NCBI GenBank assembly: GCA_963823665.1 | Contig: CAWGMQ010000010.1 | Span: forward strand, 1,024,001 to 1,088,000 | Source: an uncultured Planctomycetota bacterium | GTDB taxonomy: Bacteria > Planctomycetota > Planctomycetia > Isosphaerales > Isosphaeraceae | Length of the DNA stretch: 64,000 nt | Reading direction: 5' to 3' | In this document: piece by piece, positions 48,901 through 60,030 of the stretch | How positions within the stretch are numbered: the stretch's first letter is position 1 | Layout of the letters: the number at the start of each line of letters is the position of its first letter | Notes under the pieces: model-generated | Told to the model about the DNA's origin: nothing | Seen by the model: only the letters and a program-made list of their open reading frames with translations | The model's database searches: none | Position numbers and translations under genes: made by a program

Positions 48901-51900
48901 CATCGGCACCGACGTCTCGGGCACCGTCGCGGTTCCCAATGCCCAGGTCGGTATCGAGATCGATTCCGGCGCCTCGGGCAACACAATCGGCGGCACGACC
49001 ACCGGGGCATCCAATGTGATCTCCGGCAACGCTGGAGTCGGCATCTATCTCCGCGATTTGGACACGACCGACAACGTCGTAGAGGGCAATGACATCGGTA
49101 CGGACTGGACCGGCACAATCCCGGTGCCGAATGGCGACGGCGTCTTTTTTGCTGTCGGCGCCAGCAACAACACGATCGGCGGCACGACCGCCGGCGCACG
49201 CAACGTGATTTCCGGCAACGAGAGTGGCGGCGTGGAAATCTACGGCACGGGCGCGACCGGCAATGTCATCCTGGGCAACTACATCGGTACCGACGTCACG
49301 GGCACCGTCGAGGTGACCAACAATGACGACGGCGTCGAGATTTCTGGCGGCGCCACCGACAACACGATCGGCGGCACGACCGCCGGGGCCCGCAACGTGA
49401 TCTCGGGCGGATACCTCGGCATCGAGATTGACGGCGCCGGCTCGTCGGACAACACCGTGGTAGGTAACTATATCGGCACTGACTACACGGGCACCGTCGC
49501 CGTGGCTGAGGGCAATGGATTCGGCGTCGGGATCGATGGTGGCGCAACGGGCAACACGATCGGCGGCACCACCGCCGGGGACCGCAACGTGATCTCCGGC
49601 AACTCGGGCGATGGCGTGGAGATCATCAACACGGGCACGTCCGGCAACACCGTGGAAGGGGACTACATCGGCGTTGACGATACGGGCACCGTCGCGGTGG
49701 CTAATGGAGCGGGTGTCCTGATCGATTTCGGCGCGACGGAAAACACGATCGGTGGCACCACCGCCGGGGCGGGCGACGTGATCTCCGGCAGCCTGACCGT
49801 GGGTGTCCAAATCGCCGGCGCGGGTACGAACGGCAACGTGGTACAGGGGAATGCGGTCGGCCTCGACGCGTTTGGCAACGCTCTGGGCAATACCACCGAC
49901 GGCATCGACATTGTTAGCGGTGCATCGGGCAATACGATCGGTGGCACTGCGAGCGGCGCCGGCAACGTCATCGCGAACAGCATACTGGGGAACGGGGTCG
50001 TCGTCGGCAGTAGCGTGACCGACACCGCCAACGGCGATGCGATCCTCGGGAATTCGATCTACTCGAACAAGGGGCTCGGCATCGACCTGGGCGACGACGG
50101 CGTCACGCCCAATCATTCCTTGCCCACCACGGGCTTGATCGCCGGCGCTCCCAATGGCGATCAGAATTCTCCCGTGATCGCTTCGGCGACGTTCGTGCCC
50201 GACGTCTCTGATTCGAACGGCACGCTCATCGTGACCGGCTCACTTGCGGCTGACGCCAGTAACACCTACATCATCCAGGTCTTCGCCAACCCGGCTGCCG
50301 ACCCATCCGGGTACGGTCAGGGCCAGACGTTAATCGACTCGTTTGACGTGAGCACCGATGGAATCACCGGCAATGCGGTCTTCTCCAAGTCGCTTGCGAC
50401 TGCGAATCTCACCGGCGAAACGATCTCGGCCACGGCGACGGACCTGGCTGGCAACACGTCCGAGTTTGCCCAGGACATGAGCGTCGCAAGCGGCCAGGGA
50501 TCGAGCATCACCATTCCCACCGACGGCGGTGCGTCCGCGACGCAGGTTGCCCTCCAGGAAGCCGTTTCCGAGCTCCAAAACCTCCCCGCCGGCAGCACGC
50601 CGCCGCCAGTCTTGCTCCAGGTCACGAATACCAGTGAGCTCGATTCGGTCATCGCGGCGATCAACGGCCTTACTGCCGACGCTCAGCCGCCGATCATGGT
50701 GATCGTCGATCTTGGCGGCAAGATGTACCAGACCGACACACCGCTCAACCCTCCCAACGGCATCGACGCCATGATCCAGGACGGACACCTGATGGGCCGA
50801 TCGCCCGCGCTGATCGTGGCGGGCGGCATCGTGACCATCGACAACGTGCTCGCCACCAACGCCACGAGCACGCCCACGATTCTAGTCACGGGCGGCTCGT
50901 TGACGGTGCGGAACAGCACGATCGACGGGCCGCCCTTCACCGGCTTGGCCGCGTTTTCGATCACCGGCGGCACCCTTGACCTCGGCACCACAACCTCGCC
51001 CGGCGACAACACGATCAACATTTCCATGGACACGCAATTCGTCCAGAACGCGACGCCGACTCCGGTGCCGACGGTCGGTGACACGTTCAACGTCAGCGGG
51101 ACGACACAAACCGCGACCGAGCTCAGCTTCACGACCCTTACGGGCCCGATGACCTCGCCGCCCTACGGCCAGAGTGTGACGCTTAACACTTCGGTTGTGC
51201 CGGATTACCCCGGCGACCCCGCGCCCTCCGGCTCGGTCTACTTCCTCGACGAGACCACCGGCAAGACGCTCGGGCCGGCCCAGCTTTCCGGCGGCGTGGC
51301 GACATTCTCGACGACCGCGCTTGCTCTCGGCCAGAACGACTTGATCGCGCTTTACTCGGGCAATTCACGCTACCTGCTCAGCATTTCGGCCCCCATCACC
51401 GTGACGGTCGTCCAACCGGCCTTGCTTGTGACCTCGATCGCTTCCGTGTCTCCAAACCTCCGGAATACTTCGGTCGGGAGCATCGACGTCACCTTCAGCG
51501 AGCCGGTCAACCTGGCCACCTTCACCGGTACCGCTCTCTCGCTCACTGACAACGGCGGATCGAACCTGATCACGGTCGCCGTCACGGTGAGCGCGGTATC
51601 GGGCTCGACCTCAACCTATCAGATCAATGGCCTGTCGGGTCTGACGGCCGCGCAGGGCGAATACACGCTGACCGTCAACTCAGCGGAGATTCAGGACCAG
51701 AATGGTAACGCCGGCAGCAATTCGCTCTCGACACATTGGCTCATGGACACGACACCACCCACGGGCTCAATCAGCCCGCTGCCCGAGCGCGAGACCACCC
51801 TGGTCTTCCCCGTGACGGCCACCGGCACCGATGGAGGCTCACCCCCCTCGGGCATAGCGTCCTTTGACATTTACACGTCGACCAACGGCGGAAAATGGAC

Positions 51901-52992
51901 ATTCTGGACGAACGTGCCCGCCTCCAGCCCGACGGCAGATTTCACCGGTACGAGCAGCACCACCTATGCGTTTTACAGCGTGGCCCACGACCTCGCGGGC
52001 AACGTGCAAGCCGACAAGCCCTTCATCGAGGCCAGCACGTATGTGCCCGACCTCATCCCGCCGGTGACCACCGTCGACGCCACGACGGGGACGAACCCCA
52101 GCACGCTCAATAACACGACGGGAACCTTCACTCTCAACCTCACGGGCAGTGATCCCGGCGGCGGGCTGGTCACCTACTTCGAGGTGTTTGTCTCGATCGA
52201 CGGTGGCACCTACCAGGAGGTTGGACCCTACGCCATCCCGGCCGGCGCGCCGACAGCAAGGGGAACTACCATTCGACGGTACCTTATCAGGGACTCACGG
52301 ACGGCCAGTCGCACACCTACTCCTTCTTCAGCATCGGGCTCGACTCCGCCGGCAACCTCCAGAGCGCACCTGCGAGCCCCAATGTGGTTTTCTCGAATGA
52401 GACGTTTGCGGTTCCAGGCGACCTGGCGGTGACCAGCTTCTCGGTCGAGCACGACAGTCCCAGCCGGTCGTTCATCCGGTACCTCGACATCGGATTCAAC
52501 GAGAGCAATAGCCAGAGCGGCGGCGAGCTGACGACGATCGTCAATTCAATGGCAACCTCGTCGCCGGACATCCTGATCTTTAAGTACGACTTGAACGGAG
52601 ACGCGTCGAGCAAGACCGCGGTTCCGCTGGGCAGCCCGACGGTCTTTGACGTGATCGACCACGCGATCGAGATCGACTTCGGCTCAGGCGGCATCGGCGG
52701 CATCCCGACGACCACGGCCGCCGACGGCTACTACGAAGTGGACATCAAACCGCCGGGAGGTCAGGTCGCCGTGCACCACTTCTACCGGCTGCTGGGTGAC
52801 GTCAATGGTGACGGCATCGTCGACGCGAACGACCTGGACGAGATCGCCGCCAGCATCAACCAGACGTCGCCTATAGGCTGGGCGCCGCTGGCCGCCGATG
52901 TCACCGGTGCCGGCACCGTGACCGCGCTCGACTTGACGGTGGCCACGCGGTCGAAGGGGCGGGCGCTGGGGCAAGGACTTTCGCTGGGATAG
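45985..52992 (+). CDS. Giant (~2300 aa) secreted beta-helix repeat protein with Ig-like domains and a C-terminal dockerin-like domain (frameshifts near 47203, 48390 and 52250)
   Basis: RRKLAVEALEERFLLS; many NTIGGT..G.RNVISGN..GV / VEGNYIGTD repeats; TATATD..GNTSEF; LGDVNGDGIVDANDL...ADVTGAGTVTALDL. Confidence 0.85.
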
Positions 52993-53074
52993 GCCGGGTC
53001 CGGATGTGCGGACAACCAGGCACGCTTGCACAATCCGAGCATAACCGAAGATGAGATAAAAAAATCATCCTGCG

Positions 53075-53117
53075 GTCTTAGGTTTTCGAGGAACGCAAGT
53101 AATGAATCGTAGACGAC
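53075..53117 (+). promoter_or_regulatory. Conserved bipartite motif, copy 3 (putative ECF sigma promoter)
   Basis: GTCTTAGGTTTTC-gaggaacgca-AGTAATGA-atcg-TAGACGAC, preceded by an A-tract. Confidence 0.7.
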
Positions 53118-53230
53118 GGTCGGTTTGCTCCGGCGAGTAGGCCGCACGGCGGTGACTTCGCGATCGGGCTTCGGCAAGGGTCAACGCGAGTTGGCTTCCC
53201 GGTATCGCTCTGCGCAAATGGAAAAGAGAA

Positions 53231-54598
53231 ATGAGAATCAAGAAGTTCATGCTCAGCTCGTCGCTCGCGATCGTGCTCGCAGCCAGCCTGACGACGGCAT
53301 GCGCCGACTCGGTGATGATTGGTTCTGCGCAACGCTCGGCGCTGGCCGGGGCCGTCGAGCTCGACGCCAGCTCGCGGACGAACGTCGACGTGCAGCAGGC
53401 GATCAAGAGCTTCGAGAAGCGCGACATTGACCAGTGCCTACAACAGCTTACGAAGGCTCGCGAATCTCATCCCGAGCTTCCTCCGCCGAATGCATTACTG
53501 GCCAAGCTCGCCTTTATGAGCAGCCAGGGAAGCCTGATCCGGCCCGCGCTCGAGCTGGCGGTTTCCGAAGATGCTGAACATCCCGAAGTGTTCATCCTCT
53601 TCGGTAACCTCGCGCTGGTTGAGAACCGATTGACGGACGCCGCACTCCATTTTGAAAAGGCGACGTCGCTGGCGGCCGCGAAACGCTGGTCGGAGGAAGA
53701 GCGGAATCGCTTCGAGTACCTGTGCGACCAGGGGACCGCGATCGTGTTCGAGAACCGAGGCGACTGGAAGGCCGCCCGTGCCGCGCTGGAACGATGGCTG
53801 AAATACGAGCCGGCCAATGCCGGAGCTCGCCAGCGGCTGGGCAAAGTCTTGTTCCAAATCGGCGAATACAAAGCCGCCCACGCGGAGCTGGAACGGGCTT
53901 GCAAGGACGACGACAAGCTCGAACCGGCGGCAGTCGCGATGGGCTGGCTTTATACGCGAGCCGGCAATCTGAAGAAGGCGGAGGAATGGATGGACTACGC
54001 CGTCAAGCTCGCCCCCGAGTCGCCGGCCGCCCATAAGGGCATGGCCGCATGGCTACTCGAAGAAGGCCGCGGCGATCTAGCCCAGAGCCATCTTGACGCG
54101 GTCCTCAAGTCCAATCCCGCGTCCGGCGAGATCAACAGACTCGTGGGGCTGGCAGCCCGCCAGCGGAAGGACCTGGCCGCGGCCGAGAAAGTCTTTCAGG
54201 CCATGGCCGACCTATCACCGGCCGATGCCTGGGCGCGGAACCAGTTGGCCCTGGTCCTGGCCGACCAAAAAGATCCAGCAAAACGAAAGAGAGCGCTTGA
54301 GCTGGTCGAGCTGAACGTGCGCCAGAACCCCAAGGCGGCCGACTCGCTGGCGACCCTGGGGACGGTTTACTACCAGCTTGGCCGGCTCGAAGACGCCGAG
54401 AAGCTGCTGGCGGCCGTGTTTCAGAACGGCCAGTGCCAATCGGACGACGTGCTGACCCTGGCTCGCGTCGAGGCGGCGCGCGGAAAGAAGGACCTGGTGG
54501 TGCCGCTGCTCAAGAAAGCACTGGCCGCTTCGGGGCTCTTTCTCGAACGGAACGAAGCCAAGCGATGGCTCGAAGAGCTGGAGAAGGCCAAGTCGTGA
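53231..54598 (+). CDS. Exported TPR-repeat protein
   Basis: Signal peptide MRIKKFMLSSSLAIVLAASLTTACA, then TPR-like helical repeats throughout. Confidence 0.85.
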   Translation: MRIKKFMLSSSLAIVLAASLTTACADSVMIGSAQRSALAGAVELDASSRTNVDVQQAIKSFEKRDIDQCLQQLTKARESHPELPPPNALLAKLAFMSSQGSLIRPALELAVSEDAEHPEVFILFGNLALVENRLTDAALHFEKATSLAAAKRWSEEERNRFEYLCDQGTAIVFENRGDWKAARAALERWLKYEPANAGARQRLGKVLFQIGEYKAAHAELERACKDDDKLEPAAVAMGWLYTRAGNLKKAEEWMDYAVKLAPESPAAHKGMAAWLLEEGRGDLAQSHLDAVLKSNPASGEINRLVGLAARQRKDLAAAEKVFQAMADLSPADAWARNQLALVLADQKDPAKRKRALELVELNVRQNPKAADSLATLGTVYYQLGRLEDAEKLLAAVFQNGQCQSDDVLTLARVEAARGKKDLVVPLLKKALAASGLFLERNEAKRWLEELEKAKS

Positions 54599-54641
54599 TA
54601 TTCGATTTCATTCAGAGTCGCAATAGATGGAGTGAGCACCT

Positions 54642-57600
54642 GTGGATCGAATCAAAGCCAAGCGACACCGGCGATCGCTGCTCGAGGCCGCGATCACGTC
54701 ATTCGTTCTGAGCTTCACGGCTCCGTGCGCTTTGCGCAGACAACGTGGAAAGGCGGGACCGGCAACTGGAACGTCGCCGGCAACTGGACCCCCGGCGTGG
54801 TTCCAAACGGCTCGACCATCAGCGTGGCCATAACCGGCACTTCCGGAGACTTATCCTCGGTCACGCTCAATAACCTTGCGCCGACGATACAGAACCTCTC
54901 GCTCGACTCGTTCAGCACGCTCACGATCCAGTCGGGAGAGTCTCTCTACCTGGCGGGATCAACCATCACCAATGCGGGTCAGATCAATGTCGGGCTCTCC
55001 AGCTCAGCCGCCATCCTTTACGTCGGACCCAGCGTGACGCTCTCGGGCGGAGGCACAGTCAGCCTCAACAACGCCAAATCCGTTTTCGAGTCTACATTCC
55101 AGAACAGCACCCTGGTGAACCAGAGCACGATCCAGGGGCAGGGAGACATCCGGTTCTTCACGAACTTCAACAACCAGGGCACCGTCAATGCCAACGTCCC
55201 TGGCGGGACGCTCCAGCTCTCTGTAGAAAACACGACCAACACCGGGACGCTCGAAGCCACCGGCGGCGGCACTTTAAACTTCTACGGCGTGACCGTGACC
55301 AATACCGGTGGTACGATCTCCACCGACAGCTCGTCGTCGGTCACCTTCAACCAATACTCCGCGATCATCGGCGGCAACCTCACCAGCACCGGTGGCGGCG
55401 TGATCCACGGTCTCCTTAACACCACCCTCCAGGGAGTCACCATCACCCCCGGATCGATTTACTCGGTCGACGCCGGCAATACCAACTACCTCACCGGCAA
55501 CCTGGTCAACCAGGGAACGGTCTTGATCGGAGGCAGCGCGGCGCCGGCACTCTCCAACTTGTTTCTCCGACCGGCACGGCGCTCGCTGTGAACCTCACCG
55601 GTGGCGGCACAGTCAACTTGAGCAACGCCAGTTCCGTTATCACAGTTAACCCCGGTGACTCAGGCAACTTGTTAAGCCTGGTGAATAAGGACAACACGAT
55701 CCAGGGGCAGGGCTCCATCTACGGCCTGGCGAATTTCACCAACCAGGGCACGGTCAACGCCAACGTCTCGGGCGGTACGCTCAGCATCGGCAATACCCTG
55801 TTTAATTCGGGACAACCGACGACTAACACCGGGACGCTCGAAGCAACCGGGGGCGGCACGCTAAGCTTCTTCCGTTCGACCGTGACCAATACCAACGGAA
55901 CCATCTCCGCCGGCAACTCGTCGTCGGTCATCATCGGTGGGAACGCCACGATCATCGGCGGCAACCTCACCAGTTCAGGAACCGGCGAGATCCACGCTCA
56001 GGGCGCCTCTTTCCAGGGCGTTACGATCACCTCCGGATCGACCTTCTCGGTCGATGGTGGCAGTTTCAGCTCCCCCAGCTCACTTACCGGCAACCTCACC
56101 AACCAGGGAACGGTCTTGATCGGAAACAGTGCCAGCGCCGGTATTCTCTACATCGCCGCTTCCACCGTCAACCTCTCCGGGGGGGGCACAGTCACCCTCA
56201 ACAACGCCAATTCCGAAATTTCGTACGAGACCAACTCGAGCCTGGTGAATAAGGACAACACGATCCAGGGGCAGGGCTTTATCTCCGGCCTGACGAACTT
56301 CACCAACGGAGGAACCGTCAATGCCAACGTCGCGGGCGGGACGCTAGAGATCGTCTCCGGAGGAACGACGACCAACACCGGCACGCTCGAAGCCACCGGC
56401 GGGGGCACGCTAGAATTCTCCAACCGAAACACCGTGACCAACACCAACGGGACCATCTTCGCGGGCAACTCGTCTTCGGTCACGCTCACCCAATACTCCA
56501 CGATCATCGGCGGCAACCTGACCAGTACAGGGAGCGGCGAGATCCACGGTTCCGGGGCCGCCACTCTGAGCGGCGTCACCATCACCGCTGGATCGACCTA
56601 CTCGGTCGACCCCGGCTCTATCACCTACCTCGCCGGCAACCTGGTGAACCAGGGAACGGTCTTGATCGGAAGCAGCTCCAGTCTCGAAATCAACGCCTCC
56701 GCAGTCACCCTCTCCGGGGGCGGCACGATCAACCTGAACAACGCCACTTCCGAAATCGTCGGTGTGGCATCACCTGGCGCGCACAACCTGGTGAATCAGG
56801 ACAACACCATCCAGGGGCAGGGCTACTTCAACGGCTATCTGTCGAGCTTCATCAACGGGGGAACCGTGAGCGCCAATGTCTCGGGCGGAATGCTCACCAT
56901 CGAAGCACCGACGACCAACAACGGCACGTTCCAGGTAACCGAAGGCAGCACGCTTCAGGTCCTCAATAATAGCTTCACCAACACGGGAACGGTGAACATC
57001 GGCGCTCTCAAGGATACCTCGGCTAGCCTCTTTCAAGTAGTTGCGACGAGCTCTGGTGTGAATAACGATTACATTCAGACCGACGGCACCACCAGTCTCT
57101 GGAGCGCCCATAGTACGCTCGCCGTTTCGATGGGTCAGTCGGTCAACATCGAAGGGGGCTTGCTCCAGGGGCTCGGTACCGTAGAGGGCAACCTGATCAA
57201 CTCGGGAATGGTTCACCCCGGTGATGGGCCGGGAGTTCTTACCGTCATGGGGAATTACACTCAGAATTCCGGCGGGATCCTGGACATCGCGATCGGCGGC
57301 AGCATGGCGGGCAGCGGTTTCAGCGCCCTCAGCGTGAGCGGCACGACCACGCTCAACGGTGGCAGCATCCTGGACGTCAGCCTGTTTGGTATACCCACCA
57401 TCACCGTCGGCGAAAAATTCGTGATTTTGACCTCGAGCGACCTGGTCGTGAACGGAGGTGGGTTCGCCGAGTCCACAGTCCAGGTCGGGGGTGTGACGTT
57501 TGACGTCGAGTATAGCCCGGCCGGGTACCAGAACGATGTGGTACTTCTGGTTGTCCAGGCGTCATCGGTACCCGAGCCCGCCTCGCTGGTCTTGCTCGGC

Positions 57601-57693
57601 ATCGGGATCGCCGGCGTGGGAATTTTTGTCGCTCGCCGGCGTCGCAAGAGCGGTCGAAATGCTCGGTCACCGGCCCGAACGATTTCGCCGTGA
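54642..57693 (+). CDS. PEP-CTERM sorting-domain protein with autotransporter-passenger-like beta-strand repeats (frameshifts near 54730 and 55570)
   Basis: N-terminal signal; TTWKGGTGNWNVAGNW; repeated NTIQGQG...NANV.GGTL...TNTGTLEATGGG; C-terminal VPEPASLVLLGIGIAGVGIFVARRRRK. Confidence 0.88.
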
Positions 57694-57893
57694 CCTCTGC
57701 GGCGCTCGGTTGGATTATGCGCACGGACGGGGTGACTGCAACAGCCACTTCATTGATCATGCCTGTGCCGCAGCCAGGCGAGAGCAATGGACTCGTCCGG
57801 TGATCGAGGGGCAAACGCTCGAGAAAAGCTGTGTGTGTCCTGCCTGATCGCTCAGTATGCTACGATGGCCTGATCGGCGAGGGCCATTGAGCG

Positions 57894-58682
57894 ATGATGA
57901 TCTGGGACTTGCACTGCCACATCACCGAGCACCTTGGCGGGCGGACTCCCGATGAGTCGATGGCGCGGATGATGGCTCTGGCCGATCGCATGGGGATCGA
58001 CCGCGTGGTCATCTACATGGGCGACAAGGCCGTCGCGGACCCTTCTCCGGACGAGCTGCGCCGGCAGAATGACCAGGTTCTCCAGGCGCTCAGTCACTGG
58101 CATCACCGCGCCTTCGGGTTCGTCTATGTGAGTCCTAAGCATGTCGAGGCGAGCCTCCGCGAGATCGATCGCTGCGTGCGCGACGGACCGATGGTGGGTT
58201 TGAAGCTGTGGGTCGCGGTGCGCTGCGATTGTCCGGAGGCCGACGAGCTCGTCCGTCGCGCCGCGGAGCTGAAGGCAGTCGTCTTTCAGCACACCTGGAT
58301 CAAGGCCGGCGGCAACGATCCGGGCGAATCGACGCCGATGGATCTGGCTGCGCTTGCGGCCCGGCACCCCAAGGCCGCGCTGATCTGCGGCCACACCGGC
58401 GGCCAGTGGGAGCTGGGCATCCGGGTCATCCGCAGCCTGCCGAACGTGGCGATCGACCTGGCCGGGTCCGATCCCACTGCGGGCTTCGTGGAGATGGCTG
58501 TGCGCGAGCTGGGTGCGCGGCGAATTCTGTACGGCAGCGACATGCCTGGCCGCAGCTTCGCCTCGCAGCTCGCCAAGGTGCTGGGAGCGAATGTTAGCGA
58601 CCAAGACCGGCGGCTCATCCTGGGCGAGAACCTCAGGCGCCTGCTGATGCCGATCCTTGACGCCAAGGGGAAGAAGCCATGA
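57894..58682 (+). CDS. Amidohydrolase family (Amidohydro_2-like) protein
   Basis: WDLHCH; VGLKL; FQH; CGHTGG; ILYGSDMP. Confidence 0.9.
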   Translation: MMIWDLHCHITEHLGGRTPDESMARMMALADRMGIDRVVIYMGDKAVADPSPDELRRQNDQVLQALSHWHHRAFGFVYVSPKHVEASLREIDRCVRDGPMVGLKLWVAVRCDCPEADELVRRAAELKAVVFQHTWIKAGGNDPGESTPMDLAALAARHPKAALICGHTGGQWELGIRVIRSLPNVAIDLAGSDPTAGFVEMAVRELGARRILYGSDMPGRSFASQLAKVLGANVSDQDRRLILGENLRRLLMPILDAKGKKP

Positions 58683-59455
58683 TCGACGTCAACGTCTGGC
58701 TCTCGCGCTGGCCGTTCCGCCGCCTCCCCGTTGACGAGCCGCAAGACCTGGTACGGCGCCTGAGGGGCCTGGGTGTGACCGAGGCCTGGGCCGGGAGTTT
58801 TGACGCGCTCTTGCATCGCGATCTCGGTGCCGTGAATGCGCGGCTGGCCGCGGACTGTCGCACGCATGGCGCGGGGCTCTTACGCCCCTTTGGAGCGGTC
58901 GATCCGCTGTTGCCGGACTGGCGTGAAGAGCTGCGCCGCTGCCACGAAGAGCATCGAATGCCGGCCATTCGCCTGCATCCGAACTACCACGGCTACGCCC
59001 TCGATCATCCGGCCTTTGCGGATCTGCTGGGCGAGGCCGCGCGGCGCGGGTTGATCGTCCAGATCGCGCTGAAGATGGAGGACGAGCGCACCTTGCACCC
59101 GCTCATCAAATCGTTGCCCACGACCGATCCGGCACCTCTGGCCGGGTTGTTCGCCCGTGGTCTCCGGGCGAAGGTTGTGCTCTTGAATGCGCTGGGCAAC
59201 CGCCTGGGCGAGCCGCTCAAGCGATTGCTGGCGACTGGCGGCATCTGGGTCGACATCGCGATGCTGGAAGGGGCGGCCGGGCTCGAGAAGCTGGTTGGCC
59301 AGGTTGGATTCGAGCGGATCGTGTTCGGTTCTCACGCACCTTTCTATTACGCCGACGCGGCCCATTTGAAGCTCAAGGAGTCGATTTTGACCGCCGAGCA
59401 GGGCGAGGCGGTACGGCAGGGTAATGCGCAACGGCTCCTGGGGGTGGCGCCCTGA
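58679..59455 (+). CDS. Amidohydrolase-fold protein with degenerate metal-binding motifs
   Basis: IDVNVW replaces DxHxH; IRLHPNYHGY; IVFGSHAP. ATGA overlap with the upstream paralogue. Confidence 0.85.
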   Translation: MIDVNVWLSRWPFRRLPVDEPQDLVRRLRGLGVTEAWAGSFDALLHRDLGAVNARLAADCRTHGAGLLRPFGAVDPLLPDWREELRRCHEEHRMPAIRLHPNYHGYALDHPAFADLLGEAARRGLIVQIALKMEDERTLHPLIKSLPTTDPAPLAGLFARGLRAKVVLLNALGNRLGEPLKRLLATGGIWVDIAMLEGAAGLEKLVGQVGFERIVFGSHAPFYYADAAHLKLKESILTAEQGEAVRQGNAQRLLGVAP

Positions 59456-59575
59456 CTCGGTATCGGATCGTTGCTGAACTTGGTCGGGCCAGCGTATCAT
59501 TCGGCCAGGGGCGACGAGCATCAAAGGACCAGTGCAAGGGCGACTGTCATGCGCAGCACCGGGGAGGCCAAGAGC

Positions 59576-59989
59576 GTGGGACGCTTCAGCGTTGACCTGG
59601 AAATCGCCAACAATGATGACTTGGCCCTCGTGCGGCGAGGACTGCTCGCGGCGACCGAAGTGCGCCGGGAGACGATTCGAGGTGTTGTCGACTCCGGGGC
59701 GACGAAGCTCGTCTTGCCGGCGGATGTCGTGAAGCGACTGGGCCTGCCGCTGGGCAAGCCCGTGAAGGTGACTTACGCCGATGGGCGAAAGGCGAAACGA
59801 AACCGGGCGGAGGAAGTCTTTGTTGAGCTTCTTGGCCGCCACGGAACGTTCACCGCTGTGGTCGAGCCGGGGAGGGAGACTGCACTGGTCGGAGCGATCG
59901 TCCTTGAAGATCTCGATCTGCTCGTAGACTGCGTCGCCCAGCAGTTAGTTCCACGAGATCCTCGTGGCGAGACATTCGAGATCGAGTGA
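59576..59989 (+). CDS. Clan AA (retropepsin-like) aspartic protease
   Basis: VVDSGATKLVLP; YADG; LVGAIVLEDLDLLVD. RBS GGGGAGG before GTG 59576 (alternative ATG 59549). Confidence 0.88.
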   Translation: MGRFSVDLEIANNDDLALVRRGLLAATEVRRETIRGVVDSGATKLVLPADVVKRLGLPLGKPVKVTYADGRKAKRNRAEEVFVELLGRHGTFTAVVEPGRETALVGAIVLEDLDLLVDCVAQQLVPRDPRGETFEIE

Positions 59990-60030
59990 GATTTCCGCGA
60001 GCCGATGGCGGTGCGCTCGATTGCTTGGAG

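Noticed and set aside
35900..57200. Diversity-generating retroelement among the near-repeats of the beta-helix genes
   Set aside because: No reverse transcriptase is present, and I saw no adenine-specific mismatch pattern. The repeats are ordinary coding repeats.
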